Shown here piece by piece: positions 49,214 to 63,100 of a stretch of 64,000 nucleotides of DNA (the first letter of the stretch is position 1; each line of letters starts with the position of its first letter). The notes under the pieces are model-generated. The model did no database searches, was not told the DNA's origin, and was given only the letters and a program-made list of their open reading frames with translations. A program made the position numbers and the translations under genes. Source of the DNA: Paraphysomonas bandaiensis (taxonomy: Eukaryota; Protista; Chrysophyceae); contig CBFFRP010000133.1 in the NCBI GenBank assembly GCA_965644295.1, positions 248,001 to 312,000 of the forward strand, given 5' to 3'.

Positions 49214-52200
49214 TTACTTGCCAAGTGGCGTCTTATTGGATCGCACAATAACTGTCGCCTCTAGCCACGTATACACTCCCACAATATTTTTGAGTTCACA
49301 GGAGTAGGTTCCTTCGTGTGACTTGTCTACATTATTCACAATGAGATTCGATTTCGTCTCATTGACAAGGGCGATGCCATTACGGAACCATTGGACAGCA
49401 GGGGGTGGTGACCCTTCTGCTTGGACGTGTATATATAATTGAGATGTCCCAGTCGTCAGAACCAGGTGCTTCGGCTTCGTTTTAGATGATGGAGAAACTA
49501 AATACATACTTAAACAGATATCAATACTTTAGAATAAACACACCTCCAATATTGATATAAATTCTTGACAAAGTCTTGACGATAGCTTCAGAGCTCGGAG
49601 TAAAGCACCCCGGCGGTGGTGTCCTACACACGCCCTCGGTATTACATAAAGGGTCCCGCTGCCCCCCTTTTACAACCACAAAGGAGTATAATCCCGGTGT
49701 CGTGTTGGAGTTAACAGAGTTGAAGGACAGGTAGCCATCATGGACACAAGTCCCTCGGTCAGTTCGATAGGCCTCTCCATTTTTTAGCCACATTCCATGG
49801 AGTTTCTGTGACCCGTCGGTAGTAAGGTAATATAACATGTCTTGAGCCATTTTGTTCAAACCAACTGTGGCATCATCTCCATCAACAAGCCACATCTCAG
49901 CTGCTTGGATGTGTGCTTCAAGCTCTACTTCATCTCCATTGTAGTCCTCCAGAAATCTAGAATCTATAGAACGAAACAGGGTCAAATATCTCAGCAAAGA
50001 TAACTTTATACGAAACACTCCTCAATACTTATAACTAATATTTGTACATTGCCAATGAGACTTACATGGCGTGGAGTTGGATTTTCCATTGGAAATAATT
50101 TGCACAATAGGCATATCTTTTGACCATATCGCAGTCCTATTGCGGTGACCCAAAAAACTCAAGATATTTGACAAGTCAAATACATCACCCGAACAGTACA
50201 GGAGAAAATGCGATGCCACCACAACAAGGACACCAACAACTACAGCTGCACTTACTACCTGACTCGTATTATATATGATTCTATTTTTCATTATATGTGA
50301 CGACTGACTACTAGTTCGATTATATATGGATTCTTGTAATTCTGAGTAAAACAGGTTCGTTAAGGTACTACACGTATAAGCGACAATAGACTTACCTGTT
50401 GTACTATCTTTGCTGACTGATTTTTCTAGTGACTCTATAGAATCGGTACTTACCCTACAACTGCTTTGTGCCTCAAATATACTACACGATGGCAAGGGTG
50501 CAGGAGTAGGAGATTCTCTGACCACGCGGCCTTTCTTCTTCCTTGATTTGTTCTGTCCTGTATGAAAAGAGGACGGTTGGTCGCCGACTCGACTTTGCAT
50601 CCTATCAGGTTTCGTCGCAGGGATTAAGGGCGGTTTGCAGGGCACGCCTTTTTCCCCTGAAGACTGTTGGAATTCAGTGACACATATACGCTGATCTGTT
50701 CTACAAGCCAAAGATCTCTTTTCGGAAAATAAATCAACCTCTCCTTTGGCACACTGCGCAGCACAGTCACCACACTGCTCCGTTTTACATACTTCAGTTC
50801 CTTGCTCTGAATACAAATCGTGTTCCACCTCGTTACGGTCGACTATGTGATTGTACACCACAGGTATGTCTTCAGGTTCATCGCTGTCCAAATGTATATC
50901 TTCTATGGAAACATTACCAGAATCACCTGGGGACGAATGTTCACCATCAGTGTTCACTGTTTCCGCATCTCCTCCCTCAGCAGGAGTGGGTATACTAATA
51001 TCAATAGGTATCGATCGATTCGGTGATGCAGAGCATGTGGGTAAGAGTGGTGCATGTTTTAGAGCCTCCCACATTTCCTCCACATCGCCGTCCAGTGATG
51101 TCTGGGAAATCGGGCAATCGCTAGACTGAGACTGTGGTGAAGATATCTGAGAAGTCAGCGAGCACGAGCTTGATCGCTTCCGCTGAGCACTATCGATGGA
51201 ATCGGCAATACCTTCCGGCGGTCGAAATACAGACATGCTTCGATGGGAGCGGTTCCCTCCACCTTGTGAATCACTCGAAAATGACTGAAGAGCGAACGTC
51301 TCAAGTGCATAATTTCCTACACAATTTGGGAAGCAGCTACGGAGGAACGTGAAATCAGGAGAACTGTACGGGTCGCCTGATGGGACAGCAGAAAGTGCAG
51401 CTGGAGGGAGAGAGGGGCCGGCTGTCTGCCTTGAAAACGATGAGTGTTGACCCGATATTGAACCAGAAGATATTGACGGAGCAATAGGTACAGATACCGG
51501 GGCCGTTTTGGTGTTTGGAGTAGGAGTACTAGGAGTAGGAGTAGAGAGACCGGGAGCAATACCCATAACGGGAGACACTGAAAAATCTAATGTGCCAGGC
51601 ATGTATGTATACGCCGCACCTCCGTCTGCAATCGGCAATTCACTCAAATTTGCGCGATCAGCGGGCTTCAAAATAGATAACGTAGCAATAACAGATTCCA
51701 TATGACTGCAGCCATTCATCAGGGCGGATTTGATCAATTTCAAGTTACGCCAAGAGACAGATATTCCCAGGTTGTTGGCGGTATCCACGGGATCCACGAT
51801 ATTACAGCATCGCAAGGAAAAGCGGCTAGGCGTAGCGCCGGAGACAGCTGAATGTGCAGGGCGCTTGTTAGGGGCCATGGCAACATAGACCTTCTCTGCA
51901 ATCTCTCTGAAAGGGTTCGTGATGGAATGCATATCCGAAAGTGGTGATTGGGTTCCGTTACGGATTGGAGCAACCCCTTCCAGAGTCACCACGTAGCTAT
52001 AAATAGGTACGTTAGAAATCGATGAAATACCACGGCGGAACATTCTTTACGAAACGCACCCACTGTTCACCAAGTAATACTACACTGCATACATACCTGT
52101 CCCACTGGAATCTAGAGAAAATCTGCAGAAAAGCTCGCAGAACATGCAACGGGTGAGATAAAGGTGATTGTCCCTTTCTGTCATCCGAGGGATAGTACAC

Positions 52201-53044
52201 GTTGAATAAATAGAGCGCGAGTATACTGACAGCGTATGATGACAACATACCCTCCTTGGATCCAAGGATGGACGTGCCGCAATAACGTACACTCTCGTGT
52301 AAGCACCACGCCTGTTACACAAACATATATGAGAATGTTGTGACCACGCTTCACATTGTAACATGAGACACTTGCTTAATCATAACTAAAGAAAAAAATG
52401 ATGTGGCCAGTCCTTATGACTCACCTTTATTAATAACACGCTCCTCTTATACAGGTGATTATTGCCAATAATCCGATCAGCTTCTTCGAGGAATGTCGCA
52501 CTTGCTAAGGAGCTGCGCTGGTTTGCTGTTATGTCTAAACTTGTTTTGTTAACCACACATTTTACAACCCTGATTCTAGCATTCACGAATTCAATACTTT
52601 GAATTTTATGTTCCTGTGATTTGAGGTTATGCGCACATATAAATTATTTATAGTGAGCCCTACCTCGAAGTCTCGTAGTAACTGCGCCTTTTCATTCTCT
52701 TTAATTGCTCCACATAAGCACGAAAATATTTGAAGTATCTCTTGAAGGTCATCTTTCTCTTCAAACGATTGAGGTGTGAGAACAACGACATCCAAATCAC
52801 TTTCCGGTAAATAAACACGCAATGGAAAGCTACCTCCCATTGCCACATAACAACCAACATTGCTCCCCCGAAAAATATCGCTTATATAATTTATGAGGGC
52901 TCTGGAGGCAAACCAGTCATACAATGAAGTGATGATACAAGAGCAAGTGGCATACCTTCTCTGTGAGTTACTCTCCTCTGTGGGAGAAATAGCTTGAATT
53001 AACACATCCACATCAGACTCACATATGCTCTCTGCCGCAGACAT
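49214..53044 (-). CDS. Pol-beta-superfamily nucleotidyltransferase (non-canonical PAP, PAP/OAS1 substrate-binding type) with TM helix and C-terminal Ig-like domains
   Basis: GSFPLRVYLPESDLD, third Asp in SLDITANQ, KRSVLLIK, LSSYAV, NIVDP..NNLGISVS; TM VVSAAVVVGVLVVVASHFLLYC; I-set Ig AEGSPPPAVQWFRNG..L.V.NV..HEGTYSCELKN. In-frame introns at 49964-50065 and 49498-49543. Confidence 0.85.
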
Positions 53045-53628
53045 GTTGAGTCAGTGAGGTGGGAGTGTGGATTATTTATTCATCAACTCTAACTAACTAT
53101 GATAATATTTACAATACCACTCAAGTTCTGTTATGCCTTTCAAATCGAGTAGATGGTAGAGGGACAAGAATATATTCGGATGTGGAATAGTTGAAACACT
53201 GTCGTGTGATGGTGAACTGAATGCGTCGACTCTGAAGCCTCATCTCACAAGTATACAAGAGAGCCTATAGAACCATATACTGCTATATACAGTACCGCAT
53301 ATACCATATCCCCATATACGTATGTATACACACAGAATGAAACCTTTCCCAACTTTACGTTGAAGATTTCCATTTTGTTGCCTATGCATTTTTTTGATGG
53401 TATTATTGGAATATTATGGAATAGCGCCACTTTTTATTCATATAGGTCATAAAAATGGCCTTTTGCATGTGGTAGGGTAGGAATTTCTAGATACAACTCC
53501 AGACTCCAGAACTTACTTGGAGCTACGAAGACGTACTCCAGTACTGGTACTGCTGTACAGGCTGCTGTAAAAAACAACACCTAGAATGTAGAGAGTATGT
53601 ATGTACACGCATGTATGCCCGTCTCACA

Positions 53629-53779
53629 CGTCTCGGCAGTCAGCATCTCATTTTGCGGAAATAAATTGAAGTAGAAAACTTCTATATTACTGAACTACAA
53701 CTACGGCTCGAATACACATCATTATTACCTCAATATTAGAGGCATCTTGGAACAAAAATAAACGAAGGATGCCGATACG
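53629..53779. mobile_element. 151-bp MITE family, copy 4
   Basis: TIR CGTCTCGGCA/TGCCGATACG, 2-bp TSD CA. Confidence 0.9.
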
Positions 53780-53844
53780 CAGTTGGATATGTACAGCACA
53801 GTGGAGATACTGTATATTGGAGGTCGAAAGACAGCTAGGACGAT

Positions 53845-56237
53845 ATGGCCAGTCACGGAGTGAGTGATGCTGATGATGGAGAGTCAGCTGACATGAGCGG
53901 CAGTGACGTTCCTTTCTCGGTTCTCATGCAACAAGCAGCGAACATTAAAACCAAACAGAATGAAGTGTTCAGACATCGATACGACTCATGGTATCGGCAG
54001 ATCATGCGTTAGTTAATGGCTCATCCTGTCAACAGGCCGAAATGGTATCAGCATTCGATGTTTGCTAAGGAGGATGTGGCTGCTGTTCGGTCAAGATGTT
54101 TTTCTGGTATAAAGTTCTGTTACACTGTCTGCAAGGTCATGATGTCTACCATGCCATAGACAAGCTACAGTTTGCACTATCATGCAAGAGTAAAGGAAAT
54201 GAATTCCTTGCAGAGGGGAAAGAGTATGAGGCGATGCATGAATATGAACGTGCAATGAGTGTGTTTAAGTGGGTGGTCAACAAAAAAGAAAACTGGAAAA
54301 AGCAAGTAAGTTGATGTTGTGTTTATCAACTTAATCATATCTACTCGTATATTATAGTGTGATATCTAGAGTGGCTGTTTTTAATATGTATTCCAGGAAA
54401 TTGAAGACGAATACTTGGAGGAACACTGCTATGAGCCCTCAACCGAACGGGAGAAGCAAGACATCGATGCGATGTTCTGTGCATGTTTACTCAACCTGGC
54501 GATAGTGTACCAGAAGCTAAATCAATGGCAGGATAGGTACATTATGTTGCTGTCACATATTTCGTAGTCAATATGTGGTGGTAACATGACAGGATTTTCG
54601 TGTGTTGTTTGGATACATAATGGATATAGATTGCAACATAGGATTGATTGGTGATATGTATCACCCTTCTACTGTTGATTACTATTTACATAATGTATTG
54701 TGTTGTCAGCATCGCTGCATGTACTGCAACCCTGGAGATCAACCCACAGTCGTGTAAGGCGTATTACCGTCGAGCACAGGTGATGTTCGGAGTATATATT
54801 GATACTCTGTATGCCTTATAATAACATGATATCACCCTTATTGCCTGGTGACTGTGGTCATGTTGTTGGATAATTCAGGCCCGAACGCTTCCGCTATCCT
54901 GTGGGTCTACAGATAATGAAATGGCCTTATCTGATCTGAAGAGAGCATTGACCGTTGACCCCTCTGATACTACTGTCAAGAGGTGCGTTGCAATACCATC
55001 ATGTATTTGTATTTCACATTCAGTCTTTTATGTTCTATGTTATGTAGGGCTTACATGAAATTGAAGAATGAGCTAACTGCTCAAAAACGAAAAGACCTAA
55101 AAACATTCGGTGGGCTGTTTGATCGCGGGTTAGTATACACCACCGAAGACAATGGCAGCACTAGTTTATCGTTCAGTGATGCCGAAAATAATACAACGAG
55201 TATGACATTAGAGGAGGCATTTCAACGTCTACAGGACATGGAAAGCACTGCAGATAGGTACGACAGAGATGGACGTCGAAGCGAGGCCCATCAGCTGCGA
55301 GAACACGCTGCCAGCCTGAGAACTGAACTCGACAATTTTGCTGCTACTCATGCCCCAAAGCCTAGATCAGAATTTAGTTTGTTGGACGTGGACTTTAGCA
55401 ACCCCACTCAAGAGATGATTGAGGAAGCTAATCGGGCTGGGTTGGATATATCAGATCCCAGGTTATCTCAGTTGTTGCTACATTATTTATGTGGCGATAA
55501 ACCGTGTCTTTTTAACTTTGCGCCTATTATTTAGAGTGGTGAACTATATTAATGATCTTCGTGACAACCTGAGGGCACGTCGTTCGGGGTCGCAATCGAG
55601 TGGAGATGTGCACCAAGCGATGCAAGATGTGCACTACAAACAGACATTACAGATGGCGACTCTGTTGTGCGATAAAATGAACGACAAAGAGGTCGACATG
55701 ATGGTTCAATACAGAATGAAATATGCGAAAGTACATAAAGAGAGTCCAAAGGAATTGTTGCAGTGGTCAACATGTAGTGATAATGAAAGTAGAATGAAAA
55801 CTTTGATTGCTTGCGTTACAAGTGATATTCTTGCTATGGATGAAACCCCTGACACTAATGACAGCAGCGAAGACTCAGCTTTTCCTCAATCTGCATCCCC
55901 TGATGCCATATTTGCGATGCTTAATGTAAAGTATGGTCTGGACAAAGTGGAAAAGTTTTATAATTTAAAAACAGGTACGCCATTATAAAGCTGTCTGCAT
56001 GGTAAAATAATTTAATACTTATTTTTAGAAAAAGGTGGATGGACGTCGATGATGGTTTTTATTGTTGCTACAGTTTCATTCGTAGTTATATTTGTACTGC
56101 CAAAGTATATTCGAATGTGCACAATTCATTGTGAAAGGTATGATTGTTCAACTCTTGGTTTTTGCACCCTTTACAGTGTTTTTTATCCAAAAATGTATCA
56201 GGAGAGTGTAGTCAGTGACATTGAAAATGAATTTTGA
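53845..56237 (+). CDS. TPR co-chaperone-like protein (FKBP-type TPR triplet) with C-terminal TM, multi-exon
   Basis: KSKGNEFLAEGKEYEAMHEYERA, CLLNLAIVYQKL, KAYYRRAQAR, ALSDLKRAL, KDLKTFGGLF, and a hydrophobic tail MVFIVATVSFVVIF. Confidence 0.8.
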
Positions 56238-57054
56238 AAGAATTGATAGCAGTTATGAAATAAAATTATTTTCTCCGTATATTATTTTATTTAGAATTTT
56301 CATTTCTCTCTCTCTCCTACGCGCTCTTTCTTGCAGTTAGGGCTGCTTTAATGGTCGAGCAATTCATATTCGTAATCAAGATCTCATAGCATACTCCCAG
56401 CCCACACTTAAATAATTCAGGACCACTGTGGAGTAATGTCAGCAATGTGGTTCATACCTAAAAAGCTGACTCCTCTCAACTCTCATACGCTCTATTACAC
56501 TTGTACTACGAATAATTTTTACTTACTCAAAAACACAATTATTAATATCTGTTCTAATTCACTTAACTCAAACAAAGGAATGTTGGTAGATACAGTTCAC
56601 AACTATAACGAATTCACAGGACAAATTCAAAGCAACAAAGCTTACGTAGTTTTCGTTGATTATATAACATATAGAATGACGTTTTTGTACTGATTGCTGA
56701 GTTTTGCTGGGTTTTGTACGCAATTAGAGGCTTTTCGTTACTGAAGGACTGCAATAGTTAAGGACAGTGTTTTATATAAACATAAGCAATTATAAAAGTT
56801 AGCTTGAAACACTGAAATATATAATATATTGAATGTATAACCTTATTGTGTTTATCTAAAATCGTGAAATTTTGGTTGGTAGTAGTGAATGACAATAAAT
56901 AATGAAAAACTCCTATTATAATTTTAATCAATTGAGTATGTGTGAATTCCTAGCTCAGGAACTTTTTCCTAATTGTTCAAATGTCAAATATTGATACTGA
57001 TGATGAAATTATTAATTTACTGCTCTTGTTTGCTGTTGTCTGCCTATATCAAAT

Positions 57055-57640
57055 CGTAGTAAGCGCCCTCAAGAAAGTCGGACTTGCATCTTTTTGTGGT
57101 GTTCTGCTTTCTCAACAAAGTCGGACTCGCACCATTTCGTGGTGTTTTGAGGGATTAGTACCGGACGCGAGCCGCATATACAATCAGCAGATATTATTCT
57201 GCCCAGTCATAGCGTCATAGCTCATTGCCAAATGCTTGTGTGACACAAGAGACACAAATAAGTGTCACTTCTGTAGACGTCTTTGGGCTTTGACGAATAA
57301 ACAGTAAACAGGCATCCGGGACAGAGCCCACCTCAAGGGCATCCGGGGTATTGTGCTGCCTGCTGAAGTCAAACATCCGGGCTGCTCACCTTAAGGACTC
57401 AAATATCCTAAAGTCAGCACATATCAGGTATATCCACACTCTGCTTGCTCACTGCGTTTGCTTTTTGAGTGATAGAGCGAGAATGATTGCATCTTGGTGC
57501 TTGCGGTGATGCACAAGCAGCTTTTGTAGCGTTAAATAGTAGGACATCAGAGCTAAGCACTAGTTAGCTATATATATTGTTTTGCTACATTAATTTTGAC
57601 TCTCAAACGCCTATTACTGCTAATAATAAAACATTCACTA
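57055..57640 (+). mobile_element. Family A repeat (probable solo LTR), near full length
   Basis: Reverse-complement homolog of 8366-8892 and 48452-48832. Confidence 0.8.
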
Positions 57641-57699
57641 GTACTCATCATAGCAAGAACAATTAACATTTGGATGGGTAAAAACTTAATTAACTGAAC

Positions 57700-58240
57700 A
57701 TTGAACTCGCCCTATAGTTAATCAGTAAAATTATACTCAACATCTCTTATCATTCATTAACATTCGCTACATTTACTCTCTCTCAACTACCAATCAAATC
57801 TTAGATAGTGACGATCTCTTATCAGCCAAATTCAGCTTCTCTAATAGCATTCATATCATAATAATATCATTAATTCATGTACAACTGTATTCTTTTATAC
57901 TATATATCTTGAAATACAACTTTTAATTTCTCCAAACAGCAAAACTCAACACTCCCTCTCTATTCAAGGCTGTAGTTAAAATCTTCACAACATCAACATC
58001 ATTATGAGACATAACTGACGGATACGCAACCAATCTGGGTCTATGTTTTCTCTTCACTGGTGATATTCGATCTCTGTGCTTCGAACGTATATGAAATACG
58101 GGGTTCAAAGCTAAAAGCTAAATCATGAGAGCACTTTGACTGTCCAGTCACATATATTCTCGAGTGACACTAACTTTTAAGAAGTGCCTCATTTCTCACA
58201 AACAGCAAACTCAGCGCTCCCTCTCAATTCATTGCAATAC
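57700..58240 (-). pseudogene. Copia 3' end remnant: RNase H tail, polypurine tract, LTR family C
   Basis: NPVFHIRSKH..ILTTAL, then AGAGAGGGAG immediately followed by TGTTGAG. A weaker RNase H-like fragment (SAME..YIAL) lies at ~59920-59960, beyond the hAT insertion. Confidence 0.75.
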
Positions 58241-58260
58241 AACATTTAATTGCTTTCAAC

Positions 58261-59839
58261 CAGGGCCTGATAACCATTAATGGCCCATTAATGGTAGTCC
58301 AGTTCCCGGTATTTATAATGGCATTAATGAAAAATGTCCCGGCAATTATAGTGGCCATTAATACCTACTAACTTAAAGTAGATAGCACCACTCATATATA
58401 ATAGATAGTGTTGTGTACCCGACAGAAATAACGAGGACGAGAGTGAAGGAACTGATTTTGCACAGCGTGTTCTGGACAGCGCCGAGGTCACCAAGAGAGC
58501 TCGACTTGGTACCTATGAGTCCAACTACCGCTGCTTGCTTCATATATTGAAGCACAATCTAATGTTGTTGAGAGTTAGTCGTGCAAAGTTGATTATGACA
58601 CCTGAGCGTAGAAACATGAATCCATATCGTCTAGAATCGTTGCTATTCCTACGAGCCAATTACATGTTGTGGGATGTTTATACCCTCCATAAAGCCCTGC
58701 AAGAAGATCATGATGTGCCAGTAGAAAGCGAGAAGTAGTTAAAATTTGTAGTCTGCCATTTAACTAAAAATTAGCAATTAACCATGGATGAATCCAGTTT
58801 AAAAATGTCTAACTGCTCTTTTCTCATTGCCTGTCAACTCTCTTTCATCGTTCCCTTAAATTTTAGCCACTGTTTTCTCAAAATTTGCACTGGCAACAAT
58901 GCTTGCATTCGGGGAATGGTATGGATGCAGCTCTGGAAATTTTTGTAGCAGCATATCAAATAACTGGCGGGCTTGGTACAAATTGGTTCCATCTCTTCCG
59001 AACATACTTATTCTCCACGATAGAAAATGGTTCGTCGTTCATAGCTATCCATTCCAGCCACCGAAATAAGTTCCTTGCAGCAGGAGATACTTTCTTTCTT
59101 ACAAAAGACAATAAATCGCCCCCGTGAAGTCTTTCACTTCCCAAAATTCTCTCGAGTTCCTCTCGCCAAGAAAAATCCGCATGTTTGGTGCCCTTCTTGG
59201 CTATATGATTCACACAAGTCGTGTAACCTCGCTGTATATCTTGTTGAAGGCGAGCATTGCACAACGAACAAATAAGATACAGAGCACTGAGAGGATTCTC
59301 TGAAACCACTCGGAAGAAGACTCTGTAAATTACACTGCCATCAATTGTTTTGGCCATCATCGTTGCTTAATATGCTGTATATATATATGGTATAAGTACA
59401 GAGTATATTACTTCGCTTATTTGTGTACTGGTACTGTAGCTTCTTTCAACTTTGGGGGAAAATAGTGTTTTTATGAATGTTTCTAGGTGAAATATGCATA
59501 TTTTCAATGATTATTTTAGAGTTTTTGGGTATATGGGTACGTTGCTATGCATATCGCTCAGGACACTATTCTCTAACTCTGGAATGCATTAAGAAGATAG
59601 TGAACAAGGCTGCCACAGAGTGCCTGTAGAGTTGCATGAACATTGTTGTCTAATATTGTTTAGAGTTTCTTCGGGGTTTAGAGGAGATACTATATTCTAT
59701 ATTATCTTAGTAACTCTCAGTTCTATATATAATATATAGCAGTACAGGTCATTAACGGGATACCATTAATGGCCCATTAATGGTAGTCCAGTTCCCCAGC
59801 AATTATAATGGCATTACCATTAATGGTTATCAGGCCCTG
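58261..59839. mobile_element. Defective hAT transposon
   Basis: 23-bp TIR CAGGGCCTGATAACCATTAATGG, 8-bp TSD CTTTCAAC/CTTTCGAC, subterminal CATTAATG repeats, BED-finger/N-terminal fragment (58956-59360, minus) and C-terminal dimerization-domain fragment (58535-58738, plus). Confidence 0.93.
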
Positions 59840-60160
59840 CTTTCGACTAAGCAAAAATAACTAGCACAACGTATAATCGGCGCAACCAATAATATGAAAA
59901 GCAGTTACTTGTGTTGATACCGGACTTCAAGGCGATATACATTCTTACTTCCATCGCACTTACCACTGCTTGTAGTTATAGTTGGTCGCAGCAAGATTAC
60001 GTAGAATCAGGTTTCTTAAGACAGTACGATAGCTCGACAACACGATAACACAACCCGCTCTCTTTATTTAATGACCTACATAGTTAGGAATATACTTACA
60101 GAAAATAATCCATTTAAACTTAATGTTCTCAATTTATAATTTCAACTGCACACTTCACGA

Positions 60161-63100
60161 TTATATTGTCATGTTTATAATATTAGAAGGTGTCAACTTC
60201 CGCCTCTTGTAAAACAACACGTATGCCAGCTCTGTGGCTGGCATGAGATCAAATACTTTACATATTTAACTGCGAAAAATACCTGATACGACTTTATCCG
60301 GTGGAATTTCTTCTACGAAGTCATCATCAAATAAAAGCCACTGTTGTTAAGTCAGTTGAGTAACATTGTAATCCCAGTAAACACAACCTTATCCTTTGGG
60401 GCGTATCCCGGTGTATTTGACGACTTTCCTGGAGATGAGCGGAAAATGGGACTGCTAGAAGTCCCAGGTGACGTTGTCCCAGCCTGCATTCACAAATTAC
60501 TCTCGTCATTGTAATACATGATATTTTAATCACAACACTTGTGTACGACACAACACATACAACTTCTATCAATATAAGCACCTGGGTCAGATGTATATCA
60601 TCAAAGTCAATGTCTGTCGCAGAGGCGAACCGCACAAATGCCGTGTAGTGTCCACCGTTCATGCCACCTGAGTATACATATATATCACCAACACGCCATC
60701 ATATAAGGCTCAATTTGCGTCTGCATTCATTCACATTGCATATACACGGTCGGAATGAAGCGTAAAACACACCAATATGGTTGGAGACCCCGTAAAGATC
60801 ATACACATCCGAAGAGCTACTGCTATCAGCATTGTCCAAACGAACGCAGTACGGAGACATATCCAATGATTTGATTGGATATATAACTTTGGCACGAATC
60901 TTCTCTCTAAATCTAGCCGTCATGTTAAACCGTTTGATGTGTATCACCAATATATCCGGAAGCTGGTAAAGTCTCTGTGTCATACTTCCTTTCTGGTGTT
61001 TTTTGCATCGATTACAGTACCTAAAGCACGACGAAGAGTTAGAATGCTGATGGAATACGTAATTCCATCATACCAACTGCCATCATCCAGCTCTTCGTCA
61101 GATGTGAATGCTTTCAGACAGTCTGTGAGAGTGAGATGACTCTCTTCCACCCCACTATTCAGTTTATTCAGCATCAAATCTACAGCGGCGGTATGCTCTG
61201 GTGTATCCACGATCACTCCACCTCTTCGTAGGGGAAGTGTATCAGACTGGCCACCTGGCGGGCGATCCCAGTCCACTGCAATCTGCATCCTGTAAACAAA
61301 CATTTACCTCCAAAACAAAGTCATTACTGGACTATCCTCCAACACGAACATGACAAGCGAAAGACGGCAAACATCAGCGTGAACCATCAGCGTGAACCAT
61401 CAGCGCAAAATATAGAAAACAATGTGTAACATTAGATTCGGCACCTGCTCCAAAATAGGTTCACAATAGGCCTATTTGGATCCCGCGGGAAAGGAGTACC
61501 GTCTAAAGGCTACACAAACATCACGATATGAATATTCCACATTTAAAACTCCACTGTACCCTGTTCTCCAGTGTGGATGAATCCTCATCATTTGGCATGA
61601 CAGTGGCATCGTGAAATGTAACGATTCTGACAAAATTGAGTGTTACATGGCAATAGACTTCAATTGGAATGAACGTGGCTACCTAATTTTAAAAGGGAGT
61701 AAGTCGGTGCGAATCCAGCTACCCTCTGTACCATCCTTTCCAAAAGCAGATGAAGTGTCAAACAATCCCTCATCCTTGAGTTTTTTCAACTCTACGTTAG
61801 TGAGATATCGCAGAGACTGCTCAACAATATGTCTGTATACATGTTCGCACGACCGAAAACTTTCAACCTGGATGCAACCATGACATCGATAATGTTACAT
61901 GCAAAATAATCATATAAATCAAGCAAAATCGGAGAGATCGGCATTAAGTACCTGGAACATCATGGGCAAGCCAAATAACTCCATTTCCGCTGTGTTGTCT
62001 TTACGTCGAGAAGAAGGAAGCTCAGTAGGGTAGGTCCGATTGATCACCACGATATCGATTACTTTTAACTTTCGAGAAGAGTGTGTGTAGAGCGGTAGTA
62101 AGCGTTCTACAAAGACTAATGAAGACGGCAAGAATATATGCTTTACGAGAATGTTACCTTCAAATAGGTCAGTTTCATTGTATACTTCATCCCACTTGCT
62201 CGCAAAGTTGTCAAAATGAACCCTGTAGACGGCGTCCTTCAATAAACGGTACATACGACAGACGAGTCATAAATACAAAAAACAGACCTGATTTGTAACT
62301 CAATCGCATCTTCGCCGGATGTGGAGGCCAGCCGCTTCGTACTCTTAACGCTAGCTGGAACCATTTGTGCAGCTAGTACTTGACCTGTGAGGAGCATTAT
62401 TCAAAGTAGGTATATGGCAGCATCAAAAAAACAATAGTTACGAGTGGATTAAATACAAACTGCATTACACAAACAATACATTCGCAATACCTGGGTACCA
62501 CTGGCCTTTGTGGTCAATAGCATCCAGTCTCATACCCACAGGAATATCTTTAAGGTGTTTTGGAAACGATTCGATACTAGATTTCGATCGCTCCAAGTCC
62601 ACTATCAAATCCCCTAATGGAAAACAACTGTGACATGAAATACATACACCACAGTTGAGGCAAAACAAACAATTACTAATAATCACGATATTTATTGAAC
62701 TATCGCTTGTAAAACCAATATACCTTCACGAGGGTCTCCGCCCAGAGAACTATACTCCACTTTTTCTACACAATCCAGATGTACTCGAACACACGTCGAC
62801 GATTTACTATCCTGACTGTTTCCTACCTCTCGAGATGCACATGATGGGACGGCATCTTTTGCGACACAGTGTAGACGCGAACTGTCTGTTTTACTCGGAC
62901 GCTTTAGTGATTTATTACCCGTACGTTTCATAAGAGAGGACCCTGTGCACAAAGACCCAACTCAGCTCAAAGAATACTTTATCATCTTTCTCCTTTTTAC
63001 GAAAAACAAGGATATATATATGCTCACCTTGCAGTGTAGATACGAACTGCATGTCTTTAATAGACTCAATAGCTAAAGTCATATACACTCCTTTTTCTAT

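Noticed and set aside
49214-53044. Calling the NTase cGAS or OAS
   Set aside because: The motifs fit the non-canonical PAP, PAP/OAS1-substrate-binding group better; the product cannot be inferred from sequence.
56696-56957. Another possible LTR family C copy
   Set aside because: Only the first ~35 bp resemble the family and no TSD was found.
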